Source: Escherichia phage SP27. From it: DNA of 64,000 nt. Below are positions 32,627-42,496 of this stretch, piece after piece. The stretch lies in sequence record LC494302.1, one strand, 5' to 3'. Below the pieces are notes generated by a model. The model worked only from the letters and a program-made list of their open reading frames with translations. It made no database searches and was not told the DNA's origin. Every line of letters begins with the position of its first letter. The stretch's first letter is position 1. The translations under genes and the position numbers were made by a program.

Positions 32627-32943
32627 AATTTAATATAGCAAAAACATCGAGTATATGTATTTTTGGTTATGCAGAAGAGTTAGGTGATATTGACATTCTT
32701 TTGTACAAAAAGGATGGTGTTATGCATTTCAAGTACCAGGATGAAGAGGCAGACAATTATCTTTTACCTAATTTAGTACAAATGCAGGAAGAGGAATTAT
32801 TCCAGTACAGCTTAATATACGACATTGTTATTTGCACGATGCCAGTACTAATTAGTATTCAAAAAGTGATGCTCGATATGTATGATAAGCTAATACAAGG
32901 TACATCAGGGAGAATCATTGAAATCGATATACAAGACAATTAA
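32623..32943 (+). CDS. hypothetical protein, paralog family C
   Basis: start at ATG 32623 (MKFNIAK) after GGTGGAG; motif EEELFQYSLIYD. Confidence 0.55.
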   Translation: MKFNIAKTSSICIFGYAEELGDIDILLYKKDGVMHFKYQDEEADNYLLPNLVQMQEEELFQYSLIYDIVICTMPVLISIQKVMLDMYDKLIQGTSGRIIEIDIQDN

Positions 32944-33136
32944 TCAAGAATGGAAGACCCAAAAGTACAGGGAATTCAACAGGAATTTTACAAAAGATGC
33001 ATTGAATTTAAAAACAACAGAGTTTGATATGTTTATTTTTCTTGGAACACGTTCACAAGAACAATTTGTTCATTATTATATAAATTCGTTGCGAACGGAG
33101 ATAGTATGCAAAACACAGGGTATTATAAAAAGGTAA
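32918..33136 (+). CDS. hypothetical small protein, paralog family B
   Basis: motif LGTRSQEQFVHYYINSLRTEI. Confidence 0.55.
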   Translation: MKSIYKTINQEWKTQKYREFNRNFTKDALNLKTTEFDMFIFLGTRSQEQFVHYYINSLRTEIVCKTQGIIKR

Positions 33137-33372
33137 ACCAATATTTGTACGCTACAAAGTACAGGGATTTTTGTTTAAAGGGTGGTGATGAAGATTTTTC
33201 TTTGCGATTATCAGAATTTAATCTGTTATTTTATCTTGGTACAAAAGAACAAGAAGAAATGGCACAGAAATTTATCAAGCACCTTTTACAAAAAATTAAT
33301 ATGCAAATTTTGATGCTTAAGTTACAGAATGAGATAAATGAATATGAATCCAGAAATAGTTCAGGATCTTAA
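33106..33372 (+). CDS. hypothetical small protein, paralog family B
   Basis: motif LGTKEQEEMAQKFIKHLLQKI. Confidence 0.55.
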   Translation: MQNTGYYKKVNQYLYATKYRDFCLKGGDEDFSLRLSEFNLLFYLGTKEQEEMAQKFIKHLLQKINMQILMLKLQNEINEYESRNSSGS

Positions 33373-33730
33373 AAAAGTAATATTTCTTTTGAATACCAGA
33401 AGTGAATTGTATACAGAGTTAAAAGAGATTAATGCATTTTATCAGAATTTTGTAATCCAAGAGATCAGTGATTTAATTACAGATGCATTATTTGAATTCT
33501 CGGAGAAATACAAAGGTTCAGAGTTCAGTGTTAAGAATGTTATTCGTCCAAGTGCAAGGAAAATTATATTATCACATTTTACATTTGACAATAAAGATTT
33601 ATTCAGTCATAATCCAAGTACAGCTTTATATTTTATTCCTGATTCAGACAAAAATCATCCTATTCATTACGGATGGATTTTGTCATATATAGTACAAGGA
33701 AAGGAGTATCCTATTAAATGGAAAGATTAG
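33338..33730 (+). CDS. hypothetical protein
   Basis: 130 aa; no family motif recognised. Confidence 0.5.
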   Translation: MNMNPEIVQDLKKVIFLLNTRSELYTELKEINAFYQNFVIQEISDLITDALFEFSEKYKGSEFSVKNVIRPSARKIILSHFTFDNKDLFSHNPSTALYFIPDSDKNHPIHYGWILSYIVQGKEYPIKWKD

Positions 33731-33878
33731 GGCGATTAGATTATTACACAATTAATACAAATTATTTGTTGCGTAATATAAAATCCGATTACAAAATATG
33801 GATAAAGAACAGAGATAGCATGTGTTATGAATTTTATTTAGATTATGCTATCAAACGATTTTTAAGAGAAGAACATTA

Positions 33879-34082
33879 ATGCAAAAGATTAATACGATAA
33901 CATTAAATGCATTACAGGATTCATTATTAGATAGTATTAAGATGTATTACAATATACATTTGAAGGGTGGTATTGATAATTACGATTATTATTTGAGTTT
34001 AATTACATTTGAGCACCTTTCAGTACAGGACAGGATTTTACATCCTACAAATCCTAGGTATCCATCGATAGGTAAATTATGA
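33879..34082 (+). CDS. hypothetical protein
   Basis: 67 aa; no family motif recognised. Confidence 0.4.
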   Translation: MQKINTITLNALQDSLLDSIKMYYNIHLKGGIDNYDYYLSLITFEHLSVQDRILHPTNPRYPSIGKL

Positions 34083-34627
34083 ATGAGATAAAGTTATTAG
34101 CACACAAGATAAGTACAATAATGCTTATCCTCAATAACAACCATCCTATATCGCATATAGATGGAATCCTGAGTCAGAGGACAGGTGGTAGTTTATATTT
34201 GTCCATAAACGCGGATATCGCAAGGAAATACATTGATATTGATGTTGAAATCGAATATGATACAACGGGGATTGTTGATGTAGGTGCATTAATCAGTTCA
34301 AATCCAGTATCAGCATCCCCATTGACCAAAGATGTTAGTACAGGATTCGAAGGATATTTGTGGTACAATACCAATGATGATTATTTTATATATCAGCATT
34401 CCAATACAAATTATGATGAAGACAAATTTCAGTTCATAGACCCTTATGATGAAGCTGAAGTATTTCAAAAATCATTAATCACAAAACCGCATGAGATGAT
34501 GTATCTAATGTTATTCAGTACAATGCATTTGAATCCATTAATTAAAGGTTTAAAATTTTATATTCAATTAAATTTAGTCCATGTAGTTTATGATTTATTA
34601 ATGCAAGGATATAGTTATGAAGTATAA
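34079..34627 (+). CDS. hypothetical protein, paralog family C
   Basis: motif EAEVFQKSLITK. Confidence 0.55.
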   Translation: MNEIKLLAHKISTIMLILNNNHPISHIDGILSQRTGGSLYLSINADIARKYIDIDVEIEYDTTGIVDVGALISSNPVSASPLTKDVSTGFEGYLWYNTNDDYFIYQHSNTNYDEDKFQFIDPYDEAEVFQKSLITKPHEMMYLMLFSTMHLNPLIKGLKFYIQLNLVHVVYDLLMQGYSYEV

Positions 34628-34928
34628 AATGATGTATACCCCAGATATGATTTATGTTGAATTAGAAGATGATGACGATGGGTGGAATTTGATTTATTCA
34701 AGAAGTTCAGGTTGGTACATGGCACATTTAAATGATTCGATAGTTACAGATTATTTTGTAGATTTCAATACATTATCCGATGAAGAATTGTTCCAACAGC
34801 AATTAGTGATTGACACGGGTGGTTATGATGTCTTATTATTAAAAAAGATACAGAAAGCTGTTATTGATTTTAAGCCCATGATATGGCAAAGGAAATATTA
34901 TGACCTCGAAGTACCATACCAGCAATGA
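34617..34928 (+). CDS. hypothetical protein, paralog family C
   Basis: motif DEELFQQQLVID. Confidence 0.55.
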   Translation: MKYKMMYTPDMIYVELEDDDDGWNLIYSRSSGWYMAHLNDSIVTDYFVDFNTLSDEELFQQQLVIDTGGYDVLLLKKIQKAVIDFKPMIWQRKYYDLEVPYQQ

Positions 34929-35466
34929 AATTCAGTACACCTACGCTAATGCAATCCTTATGGGACAAAAGTTAGCTTGTATTGTTGCAGCCTTATATAA
35001 TGCCCAGAAATATCACAAGCGTCATTTCCACAAATGTATTGGTATTATTCCATCGAAGTACAATACATATATTGCGTGCACGAGTCATTTTGATAAACGA
35101 TTCAATACACCAGATATACCAAATGCCCGTAGTGTTATTGGTCTTTTGGATTTCGCACCTGGTGCTGTTATTGGAAAGAATGATTTAGAGTACGCATGGT
35201 ATAATAAAAATGCCCCGTTAGTAATGGTAACATATGATAAAGAAACGAACAACGCAATAGAGTACAATACATATAAATCAGAGGAAGAATTTTTTCAAGG
35301 TTCAATGCTTGTACCAGTGCGTTTGTTATTTTATAATGTCATAATGAGTACAGTACACAATAGTCCATTACACAAGAATCACAAAATTAATTTCAATTTT
35401 TGTGCTTATGCGATTGATGGTGTGTATGAGTGTTTAATGGAGGTATTGAGTTATGAAGCTGAATAA
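34900..35466 (+). CDS. hypothetical protein, paralog family C
   Basis: motif EEEFFQGSMLVP. Confidence 0.55.
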   Translation: MTSKYHTSNEIQYTYANAILMGQKLACIVAALYNAQKYHKRHFHKCIGIIPSKYNTYIACTSHFDKRFNTPDIPNARSVIGLLDFAPGAVIGKNDLEYAWYNKNAPLVMVTYDKETNNAIEYNTYKSEEEFFQGSMLVPVRLLFYNVIMSTVHNSPLHKNHKINFNFCAYAIDGVYECLMEVLSYEAE

Positions 35467-35794
35467 TACATTTGATATTAATAAGTTAAGAGAATGGTTT
35501 TATAGTATTGAAATTGAAGCCATCCCGTATCATAGATATGAACAATATAATTTAACCAGTATTGATATCAGTGAGTTGTACGCGTATTATCAAAGTGCAT
35601 TAGAGATGCATAAGTTATTTTTGAGTACAGATTTTGTTCTAAATTACAATTTTGAGGAATTTAAAAATTATAATTTAGTACAGAAATATGTAGTAGCAAA
35701 GTACATGTACCTTCAAGGAATTACAAGTATAGTGGAATTCAATACAGTCCTTGCTTTAGTTGAGGTAATTTTATGCAGTACATGTATGATTTAG
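35453..35794 (+). CDS. hypothetical protein, possibly degenerate family C
   Basis: degenerate motif SELYAYYQSALEMH. Confidence 0.45.
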   Translation: MKLNNTFDINKLREWFYSIEIEAIPYHRYEQYNLTSIDISELYAYYQSALEMHKLFLSTDFVLNYNFEEFKNYNLVQKYVVAKYMYLQGITSIVEFNTVLALVEVILCSTCMI

Positions 35795-36279
35795 AGTTCA
35801 GCTTAGATGCTGCATTTAAATATGTTCACAAGATAGAAACAATATACAGTACATTATGTGCAATAAAATCAGTAACAGAAGAGCTTGATGTTGGTGAAAA
35901 ATATCAGGTATGGAATAATACATTTTTAAATAAAGAACGTTGCTCTACGGGGTTTAATATTTTAACATTTAATCCCAGCAATTGTTACCCAGAGAAGCAT
36001 GAACGTTATCCGAATGACGACATGTGGTTTGAGTACAAAGAAGATTGTGATATGTCGTTCATTGAAGTTCCTGATGATTTTAATGCACAAGATTTAACAG
36101 ACGAGTGGTGGTTCCAGCAGAATTTAGTCCACGATGATATTGATTTATTTTTTTATGTAGTATTTAAAATGCTTTATCACAACAATATAGTACAAGATAG
36201 TGTATTTTTTTCATGTCTATATATTGATGATTTGTACAATGAAATTCAAATCAACATGCCCAGAACGCCTGTATCGTAA
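35773..36279 (+). CDS. hypothetical protein, paralog family C
   Basis: motif DEWWFQQNLVHD. Confidence 0.55.
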   Translation: MQYMYDLEFSLDAAFKYVHKIETIYSTLCAIKSVTEELDVGEKYQVWNNTFLNKERCSTGFNILTFNPSNCYPEKHERYPNDDMWFEYKEDCDMSFIEVPDDFNAQDLTDEWWFQQNLVHDDIDLFFYVVFKMLYHNNIVQDSVFFSCLYIDDLYNEIQINMPRTPVS

Positions 36280-36304
36280 GATATGGGCTTTTTTCGTTTT
36301 GGTA

Positions 36305-36333
36305 TTGACATAGAAGACCAAAGCTGTTATCAT
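36305..36333 (+). promoter_or_regulatory. internal sigma70-like promoter
   Basis: TTGACAtagaagaccaaagctgtTATCAT. Confidence 0.45.
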
Positions 36334-36874
36334 GTGTATTCATTTTAAAGGAGAATATATAGTGAGTTTCATAATCCCAAGTACATACGAAGATGCATCA
36401 AGTGCAGTTCATAAGATTCATTATATTTTTAATTTAATTATTAGATCTGCAAAAATTAAAATGTATGCACCTCTTGTGACAAATAATCGAAATGAAGAAA
36501 TTTTTATTAGCACAGACAAAATTATTTTTCCATATTTCAATGAAGATAGATTGTGGTTCATACATTTAGCTGCATTACAAAAATATAAGATGTCAATTCG
36601 TAATAATTTGGTTATACCGTTATATCATCCCGATATTGGAGAGGATGAGTATTTTCAGTACAGCACAGTACACCGCCATGAAGATATCTTTGCTGCTATG
36701 CTTATTGCTAAATTGAACACCGTTGATTTGGAGCAGTACAAATACAATAATAAATCATGTAAGATCATAATCCCTGCATTCATAGCTCTTTATGATTATG
36801 TGGTGCATAACAAAAAAGATGATACATATGCTTTCAATGAAGAGTATTTGGATTTTTTTAAGGATAACATATGA
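36332..36874 (+). CDS. hypothetical protein, paralog family C
   Basis: motif EDEYFQYSTVHR. Confidence 0.55.
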   Translation: MCIHFKGEYIVSFIIPSTYEDASSAVHKIHYIFNLIIRSAKIKMYAPLVTNNRNEEIFISTDKIIFPYFNEDRLWFIHLAALQKYKMSIRNNLVIPLYHPDIGEDEYFQYSTVHRHEDIFAAMLIAKLNTVDLEQYKYNNKSCKIIIPAFIALYDYVVHNKKDDTYAFNEEYLDFFKDNI

Positions 36875-37410
36875 GCAGTACAACAGTATCAAAAGTACAG
36901 AAAGCAATGTCATTCAATGAAATTGGTACATTTAAAGATAAGATCATTGATTGCCTTGAATACATGATTTGTAGTAATATCGAAAGTATCGAGATATTTA
37001 ACAAGACAAATCGCTCTTACCATATGATGTACATTGCAAACAATAATGGTATCATTCCATTTATTTCGGATAGTACAATATGGTACGCATGTGATACGAA
37101 AAAAACCACAATAGGTTTACATTTATTTGAGACACATTATGATCTAATTATTCCTGAGCATTGTATGCAAGAAGAAGAATATTTTCAAATGCAATGTATA
37201 CATTCACCATTAGTGTTGTTTAGTTTATATATTATACCTTATATCACCAAATGTGTTCATGAGAATAAAGCTCCGTGGAATCATGAATTTGTATCGTTGA
37301 AGTTATTGTATAATGTATTAGTAGAATATTATGATTACAGGCACAATGGTACAATCAGTGATGTATGGGATTTTGAATCGCTAAGGGTGAAAACATACAC
37401 AGGTGAATGA
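36871..37410 (+). CDS. hypothetical protein, paralog family C
   Basis: motif EEEYFQMQCIHS. Confidence 0.55.
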   Translation: MSSTTVSKVQKAMSFNEIGTFKDKIIDCLEYMICSNIESIEIFNKTNRSYHMMYIANNNGIIPFISDSTIWYACDTKKTTIGLHLFETHYDLIIPEHCMQEEEYFQMQCIHSPLVLFSLYIIPYITKCVHENKAPWNHEFVSLKLLYNVLVEYYDYRHNGTISDVWDFESLRVKTYTGE

Positions 37411-38026
37411 TATGACCAGAATTAAAATGTATGATTTGATGCAGTACAGTAAAATTGCCATTCCAGTGCTTAATAAAGTGCTGGATGCATTCATTGCCAA
37501 ATACCCTGAGAATTCAGTGTTATGTATTCCATTTAGTGTTCCAGATAAAGATGATATATTCCAAGTGAATGTCAGTACACGTGGTATTACATTACAGCAG
37601 AAATACATGGATACGGAATATTATGGAATAAAGTTGGATTCAGTACAGGGTTCAAAATCAGCCTATGATTTTTTTGTTCCTAATAATATAGAGTCATGGG
37701 AAACAAACATTTCAAAGAAAGATGAAAATGATGTTCCTATTAGTGGTGTGTTCAACAATAAAGTTTTTTATTATTACGAAACCGACAAATTCCCTGAAGA
37801 GTTATATTACAATTCAGAAATGAATGAAGATGTAGATGCATTCATGTTTCAATTATCTTTAGTACATGATATCATTGATGTTAAAGAGTTAAGAGCAGAA
37901 ATCAATTTAGCTAAAGAGTTATCGGACATGCTGCCACCGTTTAGTATGCTTTTTTGTGAAGGTGGTTATTTTTCAAAAGAAGTGTTTGAACATTTCGTAG
38001 ATGTTGTAAAAGGGTTGGATATATAG
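37403..38026 (+). CDS. hypothetical protein, paralog family C
   Basis: motif DAFMFQLSLVHD. Confidence 0.55.
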   Translation: MNDMTRIKMYDLMQYSKIAIPVLNKVLDAFIAKYPENSVLCIPFSVPDKDDIFQVNVSTRGITLQQKYMDTEYYGIKLDSVQGSKSAYDFFVPNNIESWETNISKKDENDVPISGVFNNKVFYYYETDKFPEELYYNSEMNEDVDAFMFQLSLVHDIIDVKELRAEINLAKELSDMLPPFSMLFCEGGYFSKEVFEHFVDVVKGLDI

Positions 38027-38027
38027 T

Positions 38028-38222
38028 ATGCTTACAGTTGATGTTAAACAAAAATACCGTAAGTTTGATTGGTTCACCGACAGTTTCCAGCTTGAATTAT
38101 TACATTTGAATATCTGTGAAACATTATGTGCAGAAACACAAGATGAATTTGATGATAGAGTGATGAACATAGTAATGCTTTCTTGCTTTAAACATTTTGG
38201 TTATTTTTTCGGACAGAATTGA
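38028..38222 (+). CDS. hypothetical small protein
   Basis: 64 aa; weak motif DSFQLELLHL. Confidence 0.4.
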   Translation: MLTVDVKQKYRKFDWFTDSFQLELLHLNICETLCAETQDEFDDRVMNIVMLSCFKHFGYFFGQN

Positions 38223-38230
38223 GGTAAAAA

Positions 38231-38749
38231 ATGCATCAACACAAGCATCATTCATATGATTTTGCAATTAACATTATGAAGTTCATTCGAGCGTTGGAGG
38301 ATGGGAAGCTTAGTCATAAGTACAGAAAAGAGGGTAACAATTGGTTCAGAAATGATGATGATGAGTTCAGAAGTCATAAGATTGTTTACAGCAATAATTA
38401 CAGTGCCAATTACCTACAAGATGTAGTGATGTGTTTTGAATACGTGTTGCAGTTCAGGGGTTCAATCCAGGATGAGTTGATGGAGCACATGTACATCAGA
38501 TACCTTCCAATGCTCAAAGATGAAAATGTATTATTAAATTCAATATACCAACGAGTTCGTGAAATTGAGTGCAGGGATATATTAGATACAGAAGAATCGT
38601 ATTTCCAGCAATCCCTGATTTATGCACCTGATTTATTACAGGTACATAATTTGTTTAATACATTACGTCAAAACATCAGTACAGACATATTTTTGTCATT
38701 ATCGGATTATGATACATTTGTCAAAGATTTAGAGGAAATAGGTTTATGA
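38231..38749 (+). CDS. hypothetical protein, paralog family C
   Basis: motif EESYFQQSLIYA. Confidence 0.55.
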   Translation: MHQHKHHSYDFAINIMKFIRALEDGKLSHKYRKEGNNWFRNDDDEFRSHKIVYSNNYSANYLQDVVMCFEYVLQFRGSIQDELMEHMYIRYLPMLKDENVLLNSIYQRVREIECRDILDTEESYFQQSLIYAPDLLQVHNLFNTLRQNISTDIFLSLSDYDTFVKDLEEIGL

Positions 38750-39090
38750 GTATATTTTCGGTTTATATAGTAAACGTCAGTAAAGATGGTAGTTTAATTG
38801 AATTTGATGTAGTTGATAACAATGATAATTCATATGGTATTAAGGTACAGGACAATGATGTACAGTTCAGTACAAGGACAAATTTTGAGAATCCAGTCCA
38901 AGTTCCGAATTTCATAGAAGATGAAGCTGCACGATTCCAATACGAAACGGCATATGACAATGTACATATGCATATTATTATGCAAACGAGTTTAGTTCAA
39001 TTAGTTCCTTTGTTCAGACAAAATATATATGTACATGAAGTGTCGATTAATGGCATTCAAAGTTCCGTTTTGTTCGGTACAAATATGTAA
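38746..39090 (+). CDS. hypothetical protein, paralog family C
   Basis: motif EAARFQYETAYD. Confidence 0.5.
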   Translation: MSIFSVYIVNVSKDGSLIEFDVVDNNDNSYGIKVQDNDVQFSTRTNFENPVQVPNFIEDEAARFQYETAYDNVHMHIIMQTSLVQLVPLFRQNIYVHEVSINGIQSSVLFGTNM

Positions 39091-39100
39091 GGAAAGTACA

Positions 39101-39652
39101 ATGAGTTCAATGAGTTTATTAGATACATTAGAAAAAGACAGAAGTGCAATTAAGCGTTTAAAAGAGCAAGTACAAAAGATTGTATACAACGTTGATAAGT
39201 TTGAAGTCCCAGGAAGATTTGGTGATATTTCCCATACGGAGATCAAATCCCTTAAGTCAGATTTGTTGATTAAAAATAAAAATGGGTTGATTTTAGTTTT
39301 GAGTTCAGATATGATGGGGGCAACACATAGTTATAATGCAGTATCGGTGCGTTCAGAGTGTGAAGGTATATATCTATCACAGGGTTTCAATAGCGAGACA
39401 CAGGTTTGTTTTTGTGATGCAGTACATGACCCTATGAAGTTCACGAGAAGTGAAGCCCAAGCGTTATTAGAGCTATCAGACGAGAGTTTGTTTCAGTACA
39501 GTACAATGTATGACAATGATAAGCTTCGTTGTATGTACGCTGTAAAGCATTATACACATGAGTTCTCTGGATTTGCATACCTTTTAGTTAGAACCAATAC
39601 CAGATATATTGATATGTTAGAAGATTACATCGATAAAGTTGTTAATGTATGA
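39101..39652 (+). CDS. hypothetical protein, paralog family C
   Basis: start at ATG 39101 (MSSMSLLD) after AAGGAAAG; motif DESLFQYSTMYD. Confidence 0.55.
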   Translation: MSSMSLLDTLEKDRSAIKRLKEQVQKIVYNVDKFEVPGRFGDISHTEIKSLKSDLLIKNKNGLILVLSSDMMGATHSYNAVSVRSECEGIYLSQGFNSETQVCFCDAVHDPMKFTRSEAQALLELSDESLFQYSTMYDNDKLRCMYAVKHYTHEFSGFAYLLVRTNTRYIDMLEDYIDKVVNV

Positions 39653-39834
39653 TGTATGATTATGTGATGGGATAATGCTGATGAAAGAGTTATTTGAAGA
39701 TCAGTTCAATGCATATGTGGATAATATTCTTTATTCCAGTCGTGCCAGTCAACGAGGAAATCGTGCTTACAACATAGATTACCTATTAACGGTGCTGAGT
39801 TCACAGTACACCTACGCTGTACAGAGGACATATT

Positions 39835-40038
39835 ATGAATAATTTTAGAGATGTTGCTAAGGAGAAGTTCAAGTGCAGTTTAGATTACGGTTTAAATGAT
39901 TTTCTTACATGCACAATGTACAGGAATGATGATTATGAGCAATCCGTAATTTCGTTGCACAGATATTTCGAAATAATTTACGCAAGATATCTTAGAAGGT
40001 TAGATGGGATAGGGGATTGGAATTATGATTACGTTTGA
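39835..40038 (+). CDS. hypothetical small protein
   Basis: AGAGGA RBS; 67 aa. Confidence 0.45.
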   Translation: MNNFRDVAKEKFKCSLDYGLNDFLTCTMYRNDDYEQSVISLHRYFEIIYARYLRRLDGIGDWNYDYV

Positions 40039-40234
40039 AGAGCCGGAAGTGTTAAGTTCGCATAGTATTAAGGGTTTTGAATACATGATGGATTTGATTT
40101 TGAAGGATACATATTTGGTTCAGAGTGTAGATAATACGGTACACCGAGTATTGAATTTATACGAGATGACGAGTCGAAGGCTTTGTGCTATGAAAAGGAT
40201 TGAAGAAATCAAGCTTTCTAGGCTGAATAAATAG
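40025..40234 (+). CDS. hypothetical small protein
   Basis: 69 aa; overlaps previous. Confidence 0.4.
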   Translation: MITFEEPEVLSSHSIKGFEYMMDLILKDTYLVQSVDNTVHRVLNLYEMTSRRLCAMKRIEEIKLSRLNK

Positions 40235-40433
40235 AGACGTTTCATTTTTACAGGCCGCTGGGGGGGGTCAAAAAAATTTCCGCTGAAAAACATGCTAAGG
40301 TATATGTTTAATATAAAGTTTTATATTGTGTTTTTCAGAGTACAGTTCATGTTTCCTGAAACAAAAAATACCCCGCCCCCGCAACGTGCTCCTTATATTG
40401 GAGTTTACCTTATTAATTATAGTAGAGATTAAG

Positions 40434-40811
40434 ATGGAAATAAAATATAATGAATTTTGTGCAAGGACATGGATGTACACTGGTGAGTTAGTTACGCACT
40501 CTAACTTATACAAGGGTGATTTAAACTACGCTAGGGACAAGATTTTAAAGTACTGGAATGCTGACTTTTATTTGATGGATTTTAGTACTGGGTTTCATGG
40601 GATATCTATCGAGATGCCGGACTATACAGTACTTGATGATGCTGCACTGTTCCAGGAGGCATTAGTATTTGATAAGAAGTACATCTGTACATTAGAAGAG
40701 ATGATTGAATTACAGCGTAGAATTAAATGTATTCACAGGGAATGTATAGATATCTGGTGCAGTACTGGTGAGGCCGATTTCTGGAAATTTTTTAATCTAG
40801 GAGAAGAGTGA
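40434..40811 (+). CDS. hypothetical protein, paralog family C
   Basis: start at ATG 40434 (MEIKYNEF); motif DAALFQEALVFDKKY. Confidence 0.55.
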   Translation: MEIKYNEFCARTWMYTGELVTHSNLYKGDLNYARDKILKYWNADFYLMDFSTGFHGISIEMPDYTVLDDAALFQEALVFDKKYICTLEEMIELQRRIKCIHRECIDIWCSTGEADFWKFFNLGEE

Positions 40812-41167
40812 TGGAATTTGATTTTTTAATATCAGTACATACTTTCAAGCACAGTTATCAGTACTTTTGTAATTTAAACAAAGGTGATTTAATGCACAGT
40901 GCGAATGAGTATATTCATTACACTCAGGGTAAATTTACATTCATTGATTACAGTTCATTACAGTATCCACACCAAGATATGCCGGACTATACATTAATGG
41001 ATACCGCAGAACTATTCCAAGAATCATTAGTATTTGATAAGAAGTACTTGTGTACATTTGAAGAAGTTATTGCAATACAAAATGAAATGAAAGAGTATGC
41101 TGCTTTGCATAAACCCAATTCAAGTATTAATCAAGAATACAAATTCAATTTAGGAATTCAAGAATGA
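40808..41167 (+). CDS. hypothetical protein, paralog family C
   Basis: motif TAELFQESLVFDKKY. Confidence 0.6.
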   Translation: MMEFDFLISVHTFKHSYQYFCNLNKGDLMHSANEYIHYTQGKFTFIDYSSLQYPHQDMPDYTLMDTAELFQESLVFDKKYLCTFEEVIAIQNEMKEYAALHKPNSSINQEYKFNLGIQE

Positions 41168-41523
41168 CATATGATTATTCTATGTACTATTATAAGTTAC
41201 CTAAAGGATGGGACTTGTGCTGTAATCTTATTAAGGGCGACTCGGAACATGAGTTGAGTTTATATATGCATTACAAAGATTCTTGTTTTAAATTTATTCA
41301 TGTATCACATGACGACTATGACTATGAATCTGAGAGTCTTATAGATTATACAGTACTGGACGATGGCGAACTATTTCAGGCTGCATTAGTGTTTGATAAG
41401 AATAAGTACTCCTGTACATTTGAAGAAATGGTTTCTTTGCAAAATGAAATGAAGAGATTTGAAAAAGAAAACGTATTTAATCCATCCCCATCAAGAACGA
41501 ATAATTATTATTTCAATATATGA
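41164..41523 (+). CDS. hypothetical protein, paralog family C
   Basis: motif DGELFQAALVFDKNKY. Confidence 0.6.
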   Translation: MTYDYSMYYYKLPKGWDLCCNLIKGDSEHELSLYMHYKDSCFKFIHVSHDDYDYESESLIDYTVLDDGELFQAALVFDKNKYSCTFEEMVSLQNEMKRFEKENVFNPSPSRTNNYYFNI

Positions 41524-41532
41524 GATTATAAA

Positions 41533-42024
41533 ATGACATTACAGAGTTCATTGGAAAAAGCAAAGAAGATTCATGAGTACATGAATATGGCAAAAGAAGG
41601 TTCAGTTTACGGTGTTTTCAAAGACACAAGTACTCAATATTATGTACCGGATAACCTCCTTTATAATGACTGCTCAGATACAGAAACGTGCGTACTGGAT
41701 ACAGAAACGTGTGTACTGGATACCGACCCTAATGATTATGAATGCTACATTAATATGCATAATGAGTACATGGTCTATATTAATGATACAGATACCATCA
41801 ACAGTACTGACAGCGATTCCAATGACATTATAATTCCGAGTGAAGTACTGGAAGGTCCGTGGGATAGTGAAGAGTATTACTTCCAACAAAGTACTGTATA
41901 TGATAATGAAGTACTTGATGTTATTATAATTATGTGGTACTTTAAAAGTATTGGTTCTGGGAACTTCTATTTCGATTACAAATACGTAAAGAAAACTGTA
42001 GATAACGGTATTAACAGGGGTTGA
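41533..42024 (+). CDS. hypothetical protein, paralog family C (EEYYFQ subgroup)
   Basis: VLEGPWDSEEYYFQQSTVYDNEVLDVIIIMWYFKSIGSGNFYFDYKYV. Confidence 0.65.
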   Translation: MTLQSSLEKAKKIHEYMNMAKEGSVYGVFKDTSTQYYVPDNLLYNDCSDTETCVLDTETCVLDTDPNDYECYINMHNEYMVYINDTDTINSTDSDSNDIIIPSEVLEGPWDSEEYYFQQSTVYDNEVLDVIIIMWYFKSIGSGNFYFDYKYVKKTVDNGINRG

Positions 42025-42025
42025 A

Positions 42026-42496
42026 ATGAGTTTAGAAAGAGCATTAGAGATTGCGAAGTTAATTGATTTATGCAGCAAAGAAATTGTAGCAAATTGTCTT
42101 AATGGATATCTATTCAAGGAAGGTAAATCTTATTGTCGAATGAGATACGATGACAGTAGTGAGTACATTCACATGTATGAAGAAAACTTAGATTCTTCTG
42201 AAACAACACTCAATGGGTGTGATGTTAATTTGGAAGATAATTACATGTACTTCTGTCGTGATGCTGATATTTTAATACAAGATTCTGACATTATATCTGG
42301 TGCAGCAGAGAAACATCTTCCGTATTCAGTACTGGATAATGACTGGGGAAGTGAAGAGTTCTACTTCCAGCAGAATACTATCTACGAGGAATATGTGCTT
42401 GACAAGCTTGTCATTCTGTGGTACTTTAATAATACCGATTGTCCTAGCTTCTATCTGGACTTGGATCTACTACGAGTTATTAAAGAGGATATATGA
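42026..42496 (+). CDS. hypothetical protein, paralog family C (EEYYFQ subgroup)
   Basis: VLDNDWGSEEFYFQQNTIYEEYVLDKLVILWYF. Confidence 0.65.
   Translation: MSLERALEIAKLIDLCSKEIVANCLNGYLFKEGKSYCRMRYDDSSEYIHMYEENLDSSETTLNGCDVNLEDNYMYFCRDADILIQDSDIISGAAEKHLPYSVLDNDWGSEEFYFQQNTIYEEYVLDKLVILWYFNNTDCPSFYLDLDLLRVIKEDI

Noticed and set aside
39675-39842. A possible 55-aa ORF (MLMKELFEDQ...) between genes 39101..39652 and 39835..40038
   Set aside because: It has no convincing RBS and overlaps the better-supported 39835 gene start, which has AGAGGA at correct spacing.
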